64,000 nt of DNA. Source: Caldisericota bacterium (GTDB lineage Bacteria > Caldisericota > Caldisericia > JAAYUI01). The stretch spans positions 80,445-144,444 of the forward strand of contig JAKPMO010000015.1 of the NCBI GenBank assembly GCA_029548865.1, in the 5' to 3' direction. The notes beneath the pieces were generated by a model that saw only the letters and a program-made list of their open reading frames with translations, was not told where the DNA came from and did not search any database. Positions 18,741 to 27,787 of the stretch are shown here, in pieces (position 1 is the first letter of the stretch; each line of letters opens with the position of its first letter). The position numbers and the translations under genes are program-made.

Positions 18741-20246
18741 ATGAGAAAAATCGAACTTGTAGACCTTACACTAAGAGATGGACAGCAGAGCCTTGTTGCA
18801 ACAAGGATGACAACCGAACAGGCGCTTTCAGCCTTTCCAGATCTGCTTGATGCAGGTTTCAAGGAGCTGGAGCTGTGGGGAGGGGCCACAATCGATGCTC
18901 CACTGAGGTTTCTGAATGAAAATCCATGGGGAAGACTTGACGAATTCTACAGACTGGCCAAAGGAAGAGCAAATATAAGAGCCCTGATAAGGGGCCAAAA
19001 CCTTTTTGCATATTCTCCTTATCCGGACAACCTTGTCATAGCTTTCTGCAAGGCTGCAATAAGATCTGGCGTTTCGACCATGAGAGCATTTGATGCCCTC
19101 AATGACAAACGAAATGTCATGATTTCACTCATCGCTTCAAAAGCGTTTGGTGGAAAAGCTGAATGCTGCATCAGCTATACAACCTCCCCGATACACACCA
19201 CAGAAAAGTTCGTCCAGCTTGCCGCCGACTACGCATCAGAAGGCGCTGACATCATAGCAATCAAAGACATGGCTGGTCTCCTCAATCCCAAGGACGCCGC
19301 AATAATAATACCAGCAATCAAAAAAGAGATTTCCGTTCCATTGACGGTCCACAGCCATTCAACGGTTGGCTATGGCGAAACAACCGCACTGGTTGGTTTG
19401 ATGTTTGGTGCCGACAGGATAGACGTCGCGGTTGGTCCGTTTGCTGGAGGTTCGAGCCATCCACCAGTGGAGCTTGTTGCAGTAATGGCAGAGAGACTCG
19501 GCATTGACCACAGGCTCAACCACGAAGCGATCCAGAGGGCCCAGAAGAAGCTCTTTGAGGTGAGAAAAGCCCTGGCAAAGTTTGATTCCAGTGCCAACAA
19601 TCTCCCGAAGCCAATTCCCAATCCGCTCCCACAGACAGACATAGACAAAATTGACAAAGCAATCGAACTAGTCAGAAAAGGCGATTTCGACGAGGCAAGG
19701 AGAACTATTGTTGACCTGATGACCTCCTATGGCTACCCAAAACCGGACGAGGCCCAGCTTGACGCACAGGTGCCAGGCGGAATGCTCTCGAACCTTCGCA
19801 ACCAGCTCAAGGAAGTTAACCAACTCCAGCTCCTGCCTCAAATTCTCGAGGAAGTTGCCAGAGTAAGGGCGGATTCAGGATACCCTCCGCTTGTCACTCC
19901 AACATCCCAAATTGTCGGCTCCCAGGCAGCTTTCAATGTACAAACAGGTCAGCGTTACAAGATCGTCTCACGGGAATTCAAGGACATGGTTAGGGGAAGG
20001 TATGGCAGACCAGGCCCGATATCTGAAGAATTCCTGAAAATGGTGACCGGAAGCACTGAAAGATATACTCAGCGTTCAGGCCATTATGTGGATGACGTCC
20101 CGCTCACTTCCGAAAATGGCTTCAATCCACCACCATTCATCAATAATCATAGGGATCTTCTGCTTTATTACATGCTCCCAGGGCCTACAAAAGACTTTTT
20201 CGAGAAACAAGACTCAAAAGCAAAATCACCGGAACAGCCTCACTGA
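18741..20246 (+). CDS. Pyruvate/oxaloacetate carboxyltransferase subunit (PycB/OadA/transcarboxylase 5S-like), no biotinyl domain
   Basis: LRDGQQSLVATRM, WGGATID, RGQNL, FDALND, IKDMAG, HSH, QVPGGMLSNL, GYPPLVTPTSQIVG. Confidence 0.88.
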   Translation: MRKIELVDLTLRDGQQSLVATRMTTEQALSAFPDLLDAGFKELELWGGATIDAPLRFLNENPWGRLDEFYRLAKGRANIRALIRGQNLFAYSPYPDNLVIAFCKAAIRSGVSTMRAFDALNDKRNVMISLIASKAFGGKAECCISYTTSPIHTTEKFVQLAADYASEGADIIAIKDMAGLLNPKDAAIIIPAIKKEISVPLTVHSHSTVGYGETTALVGLMFGADRIDVAVGPFAGGSSHPPVELVAVMAERLGIDHRLNHEAIQRAQKKLFEVRKALAKFDSSANNLPKPIPNPLPQTDIDKIDKAIELVRKGDFDEARRTIVDLMTSYGYPKPDEAQLDAQVPGGMLSNLRNQLKEVNQLQLLPQILEEVARVRADSGYPPLVTPTSQIVGSQAAFNVQTGQRYKIVSREFKDMVRGRYGRPGPISEEFLKMVTGSTERYTQRSGHYVDDVPLTSENGFNPPPFINNHRDLLLYYMLPGPTKDFFEKQDSKAKSPEQPH

Positions 20247-20254
20247 CCCCGTTT

Positions 20255-21385
20255 CTACTTCAACAAAGTGACCGCTTCCTGGGATTGGATTACAAGCCCT
20301 TTGCAGAGGGCCATTCCAAGTATGGTCCTTTTGCCTTCAATTTTCCTTGCTGGCAGGCCGGTTTTCATATCAAAAACATAGAGCATCGGATCACCGTTTA
20401 ATGCAACAAAGAGGGCGTCTCTTGATGCAACAATGCCCCTCATCTGAAGGGTGTTCGGAACTATGATTCTCGACTCTTCAATTCCCGTCTTCAAACCAAT
20501 TTTTGCGATTTTCGATTTTGACGGCACAAGGACGTAATCGCCATATATACAGGGATTGCAACCTAATATACTCGGCTGGCCATCAAGACTGGTTATGGCA
20601 TAGTGCCATATCTCTTCTCTGCTCCTGGTGTCATAGGCATACATCCTGGCCCTTGAGTTAACAAGTATCGTATAGGCTGATGCCTGTGGTGGATAGTCAG
20701 GGGGACCGTCAAACTCCAGGTGCCACAAAATGCTGCCATCCATAAATGAAAGTGCGAATATATGGGTATAGTCAAACCCTTTTGGGCCACCTGTTACAAA
20801 CAGCTCGCGCTCGCCAAGTGTGACCCATCTGAAAACATAATCCTTTGCAATATCGGTTTTCCACTTAAAAACGCCTGTTTCCTTGTGGATGCAAAAAGCT
20901 GTACCAATATTTGTTACGCCATAGAGCGAATCCTTGTGTTCAAACATCGAGACCACTTCTTCGTCATCAAACTCCATGGTCCAGTTTTCCAGCATTGTTC
21001 TTTTGTAGAAACATTTGAGACTGCTGCCGCTTGTTACAAAAAGGTAATTTTGATCAAGTGCAAGCTCATAGGTAAAAGCTTCATCAAGAAGCACCGGAGC
21101 AATTGCCTGCTTTCCGCTGTGTTCATCCAGAACAACAACTCCCGGACCATTTTCGGTCGTTGTGACAATGTATATACCTTCGCCATCAGATACTGGTGAC
21201 GTGAGCGCGAGGGTTTCATAACCGATGTCCCATACCAGAGCAACGTTATTACTGGTGCCCTCGTTGGCCGAATACCACCTTTGGGGTATACCACCCTTTG
21301 TGCCCCAGACAGTAATTCCCCCGCAACCAGAAACCAGCACAAGTAAAACGGTGATTTGTGCAAAAATCAGAAACTTTTTGATCAT
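20255..21385 (-). CDS. PQQ-like beta-propeller repeat lipoprotein
   Basis: Start re-assigned to MIKKFLIFAQ...LVSGC (lipobox); repeated TGxxxW / DGSILW blades. Confidence 0.75.
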   Translation of the reverse strand: MIKKFLIFAQITVLLVLVSGCGGITVWGTKGGIPQRWYSANEGTSNNVALVWDIGYETLALTSPVSDGEGIYIVTTTENGPGVVVLDEHSGKQAIAPVLLDEAFTYELALDQNYLFVTSGSSLKCFYKRTMLENWTMEFDDEEVVSMFEHKDSLYGVTNIGTAFCIHKETGVFKWKTDIAKDYVFRWVTLGERELFVTGGPKGFDYTHIFALSFMDGSILWHLEFDGPPDYPPQASAYTILVNSRARMYAYDTRSREEIWHYAITSLDGQPSILGCNPCIYGDYVLVPSKSKIAKIGLKTGIEESRIIVPNTLQMRGIVASRDALFVALNGDPMLYVFDMKTGLPARKIEGKRTILGMALCKGLVIQSQEAVTLLK

Positions 21386-21444
21386 TGGCCCTAATAATAG
21401 AAAATTATACTCTCTGGTAAAGAACAATTTGGTTTTGTGCAGTG

Positions 21445-21605
21445 TGTGGAAAACCCTGTGGACAAATTCATGCCATTTTGCCAAGTGTCTTTGGTTTTAT
21501 GAGACAATTGTCGGTTTCTGTCAATTTAACAATCAAAGGAAAAATAATCTGCAAGAAGAATCATTGCAAAAAAAGTTATCAACATGTGGAAATCTATGTG
21601 GATAT
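21445..21605. promoter_or_regulatory. Cluster of DnaA-box-like 9-mers
   Basis: TGTGGAAAA 21445, TGTGGACAA 21457, TTATCAACA 21576, TGTGGAAAT 21585, TGTGGATAT 21597 in one intergenic region. Confidence 0.55.
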
Positions 21606-21616
21606 CAAAAATGTGA

Positions 21617-23383
21617 TCAGGGTAATCTTGTGTTCTCTTCAGGCATCCAGATGTTTAGCAATGCCGGTTTTGGGTTGACAGCAATCGCACAATTGAGTCC
21701 AAAAACTTCTCCCAGGACGACTACCTTGTCACTCCCTGAAACTGATCTTTGTATTATTGAGCGCGGTTCAAAATATTTCTCCCAAAAACTGCCGTTTCCT
21801 ATCGATGAAAACTTTGTGACTCTCATTGAAGCTATATCCCACAACAGCGAGAGTTTTCCAGAATTTGACACGGCCAGAATGTTGTCTGTGATTGGCACAA
21901 GAACACCAAAACTCTGGCAGGCTGCGCTTTCAACCTGCCCGGCCACGCAAGAGATTTTGCTCATAAGTCCGCCGGAAAGCACCATCAAGTACGTTGAATC
22001 CTGGGTGAATGAGAACTCTGGATTTTTTGCCTGCACTGTCTTGATTATTGAACCTTGCTTGAGATCGAAGAGTTTTACTTGTCCTGGCTGATAGCAGGCC
22101 ATGTACTTTTCGTCCCAAGACACAATGATGTCGTTCTTGTCTATGTTCTGACCAATATTTATTTTCTTGCTTGGGTTGTCCCTGTCTACAAAAGAGCCTC
22201 CAACAACTATGTATCTTGGGTTCATATCAAGAGTGCCGGGCCGCCTTGTTTTTTCGTTTATGAGGGACGGATAGCTTATGCTTGAAAGGTCCTGGCCTAT
22301 GATGTCCATTGAAGAGTAACCTGGAAAAGTCAAAATCACGTCGTTTGTTAGTATTGATCCGGATTCATCCATTGGCAACGAGGAAACAGTTGCGCCATAT
22401 GTTGGGTGATTGGAGAACACAAGCCCATATGGTGGCATCTTTTCATTGCCGGTCAAATATATGCCGATTGTGTTTGCGCTTGCAACCAGCGGTGTGGAAC
22501 CAAGAAAAAGTGGTGGTATGGCTTTGTTTATTGTCTCCCCATTTGGGATGCAGATATAGATTTTTGCACCAGGTGCAGAGTCGTTGTCCACCTGTGAATC
22601 AAACGATATGTCCTTGGATTCAAAAGAATAATTTATTTGAGAATCGTCGGTTATGACGACCTCTCTCTTTATCATTCTGTGGCCTTCCATGGCCAGTCTG
22701 ATCTTTTTTGTTCCTGTTTCAATCTGGCCTTCCCATGGGGTCTTTCCATAATGCTCTTCGTCGATGTACAGTTCTGCGCCCTGTGGCTCGGAGCCAATCT
22801 TGAGGTTTACCCTCTTCTTCTGGAGGTCAAAATATACGCTCGGATCAGTGTCGAAATCAACTTCTTGCTCTTTTGTTGCAAACCCTGGCAAAACAGCTTT
22901 TATCACATGCTTCCCCTTAAACTCTTCCTTTAGTTGCAAGGGAGTTAGGCCAAGAAACTCATTATCAATATATATTCTCGCCTGATCCGGATATGAGAGA
23001 ATAGTTGTTCCTCCAGTGGATTTGGCAAGCTTATAGTTTATGGTCTGGTTGTTTTCATTAATTGTGGCTACAGACTTCAGTGGTGCATAACCGGCCAGCG
23101 AGAGCTCGATTTCTACATCGCCTTTTTTTAGTCTGGTTATCAGTGGTGTTGTGCCCTTTGAAATGCCATCCAGTATAACCTCAGCACCTTTTGGTTCTGA
23201 GGTTATCTTGACCTTCAGAATATCACTCTTTGGGATGTTGAGTGCCACCAGGAGAAAAATGCCAACGATGATTACAGATGCGAGTGCTATCGTAAAATAC
23301 CTGAACTTGGAGTTTTTTGAAGAGAACCTTTGGATGCCCTTTATTTTCTCGCCATCCGATATCAGTGTTGGTCTATCATTCAT
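21617..23383 (-). CDS. Membrane-anchored PEGA-domain protein
   Basis: TM, then three PEGA repeats (ITSEPKGAEVILDG...GTTP; SYPDQARIYID...GLTP; GSEPQGAELYID...GKTP); beta-rich C-terminus. Confidence 0.82.
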   Translation of the reverse strand: MNDRPTLISDGEKIKGIQRFSSKNSKFRYFTIALASVIIVGIFLLVALNIPKSDILKVKITSEPKGAEVILDGISKGTTPLITRLKKGDVEIELSLAGYAPLKSVATINENNQTINYKLAKSTGGTTILSYPDQARIYIDNEFLGLTPLQLKEEFKGKHVIKAVLPGFATKEQEVDFDTDPSVYFDLQKKRVNLKIGSEPQGAELYIDEEHYGKTPWEGQIETGTKKIRLAMEGHRMIKREVVITDDSQINYSFESKDISFDSQVDNDSAPGAKIYICIPNGETINKAIPPLFLGSTPLVASANTIGIYLTGNEKMPPYGLVFSNHPTYGATVSSLPMDESGSILTNDVILTFPGYSSMDIIGQDLSSISYPSLINEKTRRPGTLDMNPRYIVVGGSFVDRDNPSKKINIGQNIDKNDIIVSWDEKYMACYQPGQVKLFDLKQGSIIKTVQAKNPEFSFTQDSTYLMVLSGGLMSKISCVAGQVESAACQSFGVLVPITDNILAVSNSGKLSLLWDIASMRVTKFSSIGNGSFWEKYFEPRSIIQRSVSGSDKVVVLGEVFGLNCAIAVNPKPALLNIWMPEENTRLP

Positions 23384-24213
23384 TTTGCAATGACCTCACA
23401 TATTCTTTCCAGGTCTTCCCTACCATAATACTCAATCTCTATCTTGTCTTTTAAGACCCTTACCTTGGTCCCCAAGGTTTCCCTGAGTGCAGTTTCTGCA
23501 AGGACTGCTTCATGGGTTTTCTCTTCCTCCCGCGGCTGGGGTTTCTTTGCCGGGGTTTCTTCCTGTATTTTCTTTACAGCCTTTTCTGTTTCCCTTACAG
23601 ACATCTGGCCAGTAACGATCCTTTGCATCATGCCCAGCATGAGCCCATCATTTTTGAGGGAGAGGAGCGTTCTTCCATGGCCCTCTGATATTGTTCCCTT
23701 GAGTATTGCGTCCTGGACGATATCGGGAAGATCGAGGAGCCTCAAAAGATTTGCAACGTAAGGTCTGCTCTTCTTGATGCCGTCTGCGATCGACTCCTGT
23801 GTGTAGCCAAATTCCTCGCGGAGCCTCTTCATGGCCCTGGCTATATCGATCGGATTGAGATCCTCCCTCTGGATGTTTTCCACAAGGGCAAACTCTGCCG
23901 CATCGATGTCCGATATCTCCCTTATGACAACGGGGATTTTCTCAAAACCCGCCAGTCTTGCAGCCCTAAGCCTTCTTTCACCTGCAATGAGCTCAAAGCC
24001 GTTCCTGATCCTTCTGACGACAATAGGCTGGATTACGCCAGATTTCTTTATCGACTGCGCCAGCTCCTGCAGTGCCGCTTCGTCAAGCGCGGTTCTTGGC
24101 TGGTATGGTGAATAAGTTATTGCGTCAGTTGAGAGCTCTACAACACCGCTTGAAACCTCTTCGCTCGGGAGCAAGGCCCCGAGACCTTTTCCCAGTCCAA
24201 ACTTACCTGCCAC
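23380..24213 (-). CDS. parB: Chromosome partitioning protein ParB/Spo0J
   Basis: Start re-assigned to GTG 24213 (GLGKGLGALL); YQPR, GVIQPIVVR, LIAGERRLRAA, ENIQREDLNPI, HTH KSRPYVANLLRLL. Confidence 0.95.
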   Translation of the reverse strand: MAGKFGLGKGLGALLPSEEVSSGVVELSTDAITYSPYQPRTALDEAALQELAQSIKKSGVIQPIVVRRIRNGFELIAGERRLRAARLAGFEKIPVVIREISDIDAAEFALVENIQREDLNPIDIARAMKRLREEFGYTQESIADGIKKSRPYVANLLRLLDLPDIVQDAILKGTISEGHGRTLLSLKNDGLMLGMMQRIVTGQMSVRETEKAVKKIQEETPAKKPQPREEEKTHEAVLAETALRETLGTKVRVLKDKIEIEYYGREDLERICEVIAK

Positions 24214-24967
24214 CTTTGAGCACCTCCTCGGCCAGTTGTTCATATGATGATGCCCCTTTTGAGGTAGGGTCATAGACTGAGATTGGCTGGCCATAGGAAG
24301 GGGCTTCGGATACTCTGACATTCCTTGGGATTACTGACTGGAAAAGCTGGTCACCGAAATATTTTTTTACTTCAGAGGCGACCTGCCTGGAGAGGGTTGT
24401 CCTCTCGTCGTACATGGTGAGGAGAACCCCGAATATTGAAAGCGTGGGGTTAAGTGTCCTGTGGATAAGGTTTACGGTTGAAAGGAGCTGGGACAACCCT
24501 TCCAGCGCGTAATATTCGGTCTGTATTGGGATAAGCACCTGGTCCGATGCAACAAGGGCATTTATTGTCAAAAGTCCAAGTGATGGTGGGCAATCAATGA
24601 GAGTGAACTCAAATTTTTCCTTTGCGGTCTTCAAGCCCTCTTTTAGTCTGTGTTCTCTCTGCTCCAGGTCGACAAGCTCCACTTCTGCGCCAGCCAGATC
24701 GACCTTTGAAGGGACTATATAAAGATTTTGGTACTGGGTCTGGATTGTTATTTCATCGAGTGTGCCATGGCCTATCAAAAGATCATAAGTGGACTTTTTA
24801 ACATCCATCCGGTCAACACCAACACCGGTTGTTGCGTTGCCTTGGGGATCAATATCGCAAATAAGGCACTTTACGCCCCTTTTTGCAAGAGCATAGCCGA
24901 GGTTTACGGCGGTAGTTGTTTTTCCAACTCCGCCCTTCTGGTTTGAAAGCGCAAGGATCTTGCCCAT
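24203..24967 (-). CDS. parA: Chromosome partitioning ATPase ParA/Soj
   Basis: NQKGGVGKTTT, DIDPQGNAT, IDCPPSLGLLT, QTEYYALEG, IPRNVRVSEAPSYG. Confidence 0.96.
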   Translation of the reverse strand: MGKILALSNQKGGVGKTTTAVNLGYALAKRGVKCLICDIDPQGNATTGVGVDRMDVKKSTYDLLIGHGTLDEITIQTQYQNLYIVPSKVDLAGAEVELVDLEQREHRLKEGLKTAKEKFEFTLIDCPPSLGLLTINALVASDQVLIPIQTEYYALEGLSQLLSTVNLIHRTLNPTLSIFGVLLTMYDERTTLSRQVASEVKKYFGDQLFQSVIPRNVRVSEAPSYGQPISVYDPTSKGASSYEQLAEEVLKGGR

Positions 24968-24981
24968 TTTTCACCTTTTTT

Positions 24982-25327
24982 TGGTGGAGGTGACGGGATT
25001 CGAACCCGTGTCCAACTTGCCTTTCGAAAGACAGGGATTACAAGCTTTGCAAGCCGTTTACCCTCTTAGCCTATGGCTTGCCCTTTGGCAGAGGGTTGCC
25101 CAGATTGTACCATGGGCCATCCGCCCGGGCGGCAGATGACTTGGGGGCACTTGTGCGTCGGCTTCCGGTTACCAGCGCCACTCTCACCGGTTGCCGTGTC
25201 GCCTAATTAGGCGGCGAGTGCGTAATTATTTGTGGCAGTTATGCCGTGGTCCATTTTTTACGAGGCCCTGGACCAACCTCGGCTTGCCTGTTCCTTCAAT
25301 TGTCAAGTGTCGAGACCTTTCACCCCC
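24982..25327 (-). ncRNA. ssrA: tmRNA (SsrA), tag peptide (A)ATNNYALAA
   Basis: 5' GGGGGTGAAAGGTCTCGAC, 3' GGGTTCGAATCCCGTCACCTCCACCA with G3-U wobble in the acceptor stem; resume context ATAACT-GCC, tag ORF 25236..25207 ending GCC GCC TAA. Confidence 0.95.
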
Positions 25328-25374
25328 ATGATGTTATTATTGGCTTTTGCACAAAAAAGTTCATTCATGCTATT

Positions 25375-25760
25375 GTGAAACGCCGTGAAACATTTTATAC
25401 CAGTAATGTTCATAATGTCAAGGAGGCTTGGTTTTTTCAAATTCTTATCAACATATCCACAAAATGTGTGAAACATTGTGAAACATTTTTCATCCGGTCT
25501 CCAAATGGATGTCCGCATAAAGTTTTTCTCCACGTGCCCCAAAACAACCTAGTAAACTGTTCACAATTTTATCCAGAATCATGCAAATACTTTTAGGTTG
25601 CCTGGCAGCTTGTTTTGAGTAATGGTCAAAAATACTCTCCTAAAAAGGCGTGAAACACTGTGAAACATTTTGACTGACTTTGATGATATTGGCGTGAAAT
25701 TCTTTCTAATACATATTTTTTTAAAAATTATGGATTTAGTCCGTGAAACACCGTGAAACA
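25375..25760 (+). repeat. Phased array of four GTGAAAC-N3-GTGAAACA direct-repeat dimers
   Basis: Copies at 25375, 25468, 25650 and 25743 (spacings 93, 182, 93 bp), each followed by TT. Confidence 0.85.
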
Positions 25761-25832
25761 TTAACTGCCGGCAAACCGGTGTTTCATTGACAAAACCAAT
25801 CTAATCCCTAAACCTTTTCGTTGGAGGTAACC

Positions 25833-27392
25833 TTGAGAAACATCAATCTTGGTGAAAATCTTGATTTCAGGTCTTTCCTTGACCTGTCACACGGACACGC
25901 AAAATCAGCAATTGGCAAGGAATCCATGGAAAAGATGTCCGATTGCAGAAAAATGGTTGATAAGGTTACCAGGGGAGACGCGGCAGTTTACGGCCTCAAT
26001 ACCGGTTTTGGGAGTCTTGCAAGGGTAAAAATTCCATCAGGCGACCTGGAGAAACTCCAGGAGAACCTCATTCGCTCCCATTCATGCGCGGTGGGCGAGC
26101 CACTTCCGATGGACGTTGTCAGGGGCGCAATGATCCTGAGGGCAAACACGCTTTGCCTCGGGCATTCCGGCATAAGGCCAGAGGTTGTCGAGCTGCTCGT
26201 GCAGATGGTCAATAAGGAGATCATACCCAAAGTCCCGCTTTATGGCTCGGTTGGTGCCTCTGGCGACCTCGCACTTCTCTCCACCATTGCTTGTTGCCTC
26301 ATCGACAACAGCGACCCGGAATTCATGGTCTTCTGCCATGAAAATGGCTCCTGGACAGAAAAACATTCCAGGAAAGCCCTTGATGATGCCGGACTAAAAC
26401 CAGTCAAACTTACATCAAAGGAAGGTCTGGCACTCAACAATGGCTGCCAGGTTTCTACATCGCTTGGCTTGCTTGCCATAGAGAGGGGTATACTCTCGCT
26501 TCAGGCATGGGACATAGCCCTTGCCACATCAGCCCAGGCCTTGCTTGCAAAATCAAGCCCTTTTGACGAGCGTGTCTCGATTGCAAGGCCCCACAAGGGG
26601 CACAAGAAGCAGGCCGAAATCATAAGAAATCTACTCAAGGATTCGGCTCTCATTGACTTTGACAAAGAAAAAGTGCAGGACGCATATTCAGTAAGGTGTG
26701 CTCCACAGGTTGGTGGCGCTGTAAGGGACGCAATTGCTTTTGCACTTGAACAGCTCTCGATAGAGATGAACTCGGTGACCGACAATCCGCTCATCTATGG
26801 TGATGTGCTCTCCGGTGGAAACTTCCACGGAGCACCGGTTGCCCAGGCCTGCGATCTCCTTTGCATGTCGTTTACGGACCTTGGTTCGATGTCCGAAAGG
26901 CGCACGTTCAGACTCATCAATTCTCATTTATCAGGCCTTCCATCATTCCTCACCGACAACCCTGGCCTTTCATCAGGCTTCATGATTCCACAATACACCG
27001 CAGCTTCGCTTGTTTCTGCATGCAAAGCACTTTCACATCCAGCTTGTGTCGATTCCATTCCCACCTGCGAGGACCAGGAGGATCATGTTTCCATGGCCCC
27101 GATTTCCGCCTGGAAACTGTGGAAGATTGTGGACAACCTGTCATGGATTGTGAGCATTGAATTGCTTACAGCCTTCCAGGCCCTTGAAATGAGGCTTTCC
27201 TCGCTTGGATTGTCCATTAATGATATTTCATATCCAACAAGGACCATTCTTGGTAAAGTAAGGCAGAAAGTTCCATATATACAGGCTGATCAGCCACTGT
27301 CATCAAAAATTGGCCTCATGCGTGACATGGTTTTAGATAAAACACTCATCAATCCAATATCTGATATTTGGAGCAGCGATGTTGTGGATTAA
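25833..27392 (+). CDS. hutH: Histidine ammonia-lyase
   Basis: VYGLNTGFG, NLIRSHSC (HAL-type SH), GSVGASGDL (MIO), KEGLAL, QDAYSVRCAPQV, GGNFHG, QEDHVSM; TTG start after GGAGG. Confidence 0.9.
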   Translation: MRNINLGENLDFRSFLDLSHGHAKSAIGKESMEKMSDCRKMVDKVTRGDAAVYGLNTGFGSLARVKIPSGDLEKLQENLIRSHSCAVGEPLPMDVVRGAMILRANTLCLGHSGIRPEVVELLVQMVNKEIIPKVPLYGSVGASGDLALLSTIACCLIDNSDPEFMVFCHENGSWTEKHSRKALDDAGLKPVKLTSKEGLALNNGCQVSTSLGLLAIERGILSLQAWDIALATSAQALLAKSSPFDERVSIARPHKGHKKQAEIIRNLLKDSALIDFDKEKVQDAYSVRCAPQVGGAVRDAIAFALEQLSIEMNSVTDNPLIYGDVLSGGNFHGAPVAQACDLLCMSFTDLGSMSERRTFRLINSHLSGLPSFLTDNPGLSSGFMIPQYTAASLVSACKALSHPACVDSIPTCEDQEDHVSMAPISAWKLWKIVDNLSWIVSIELLTAFQALEMRLSSLGLSINDISYPTRTILGKVRQKVPYIQADQPLSSKIGLMRDMVLDKTLINPISDIWSSDVVD

Positions 27393-27690
27393 TTTTGTGG
27401 ATATGTGGAAACTTTACCGAAACCTTGGATGCAAGATTCTTTCGATTATGTAAATAAGTGTTAAACAATCATAAGTGAAATTTTGCCATATATTTACAAA
27501 TTACATAGGTTGTTTTTTGATTTCAAATGTTTGATATTTACTGCTGAAACCTATTTTTTTGTCGATTTACTTCAAATTTCCAGATGAAAATGGCAAAACT
27601 AAATTTTCCCCCACATCGCATAGAAATCAGTTTTTAAATCAGTGTTTCGAACCATATAACATTTTTAACATTTATCCACTTATTTTCCAA
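27383..27690. promoter_or_regulatory. AT-rich intergenic region with DnaA-box-like sites
   Basis: TGTGGATTA 27383, TGTGGATAT 27396, TGTGGAAAC 27404, TTATCCACT 27672 in a gap of about 395 bp between convergent hutH and hisS. Confidence 0.5.
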
Positions 27691-27787
27691 AGCATGTTCC
27701 GACAATAGTTCTTGCCGGTTTAAAAAATAACCGGTGTTATAAATTATCTGGAACAAACTGGAGAGCCATCAGGGTTGTTTAAAGCTC

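Noticed and set aside
21225..22091. 288-aa plus-strand ORF
   Set aside because: Overlaps two well-supported minus-strand genes and crosses the DnaA-box intergenic region; no recognisable features
24214..24321. N-terminal extension of ParB in the ORF track (likewise extensions of mnmG, OYE, and the 21484, 45059 and 45747 ORFs)
   Set aside because: They overlap neighbouring genes, promoters or terminators; downstream starts fit family N-termini, signal peptides and RBS/promoter positions
25375..25760. CRISPR array interpretation of the GTGAAAC repeats
   Set aside because: Units are only about 18-20 bp, internally direct-repeated, with 75-164 bp gaps; no cas genes
25246..25761. Short ORFs over the tmRNA 5' end and the repeat array (116, 79 and 60 aa)
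   Set aside because: They overlap tmRNA and the repeats; the recurring MFHxVSR peptide simply reflects the DNA motif
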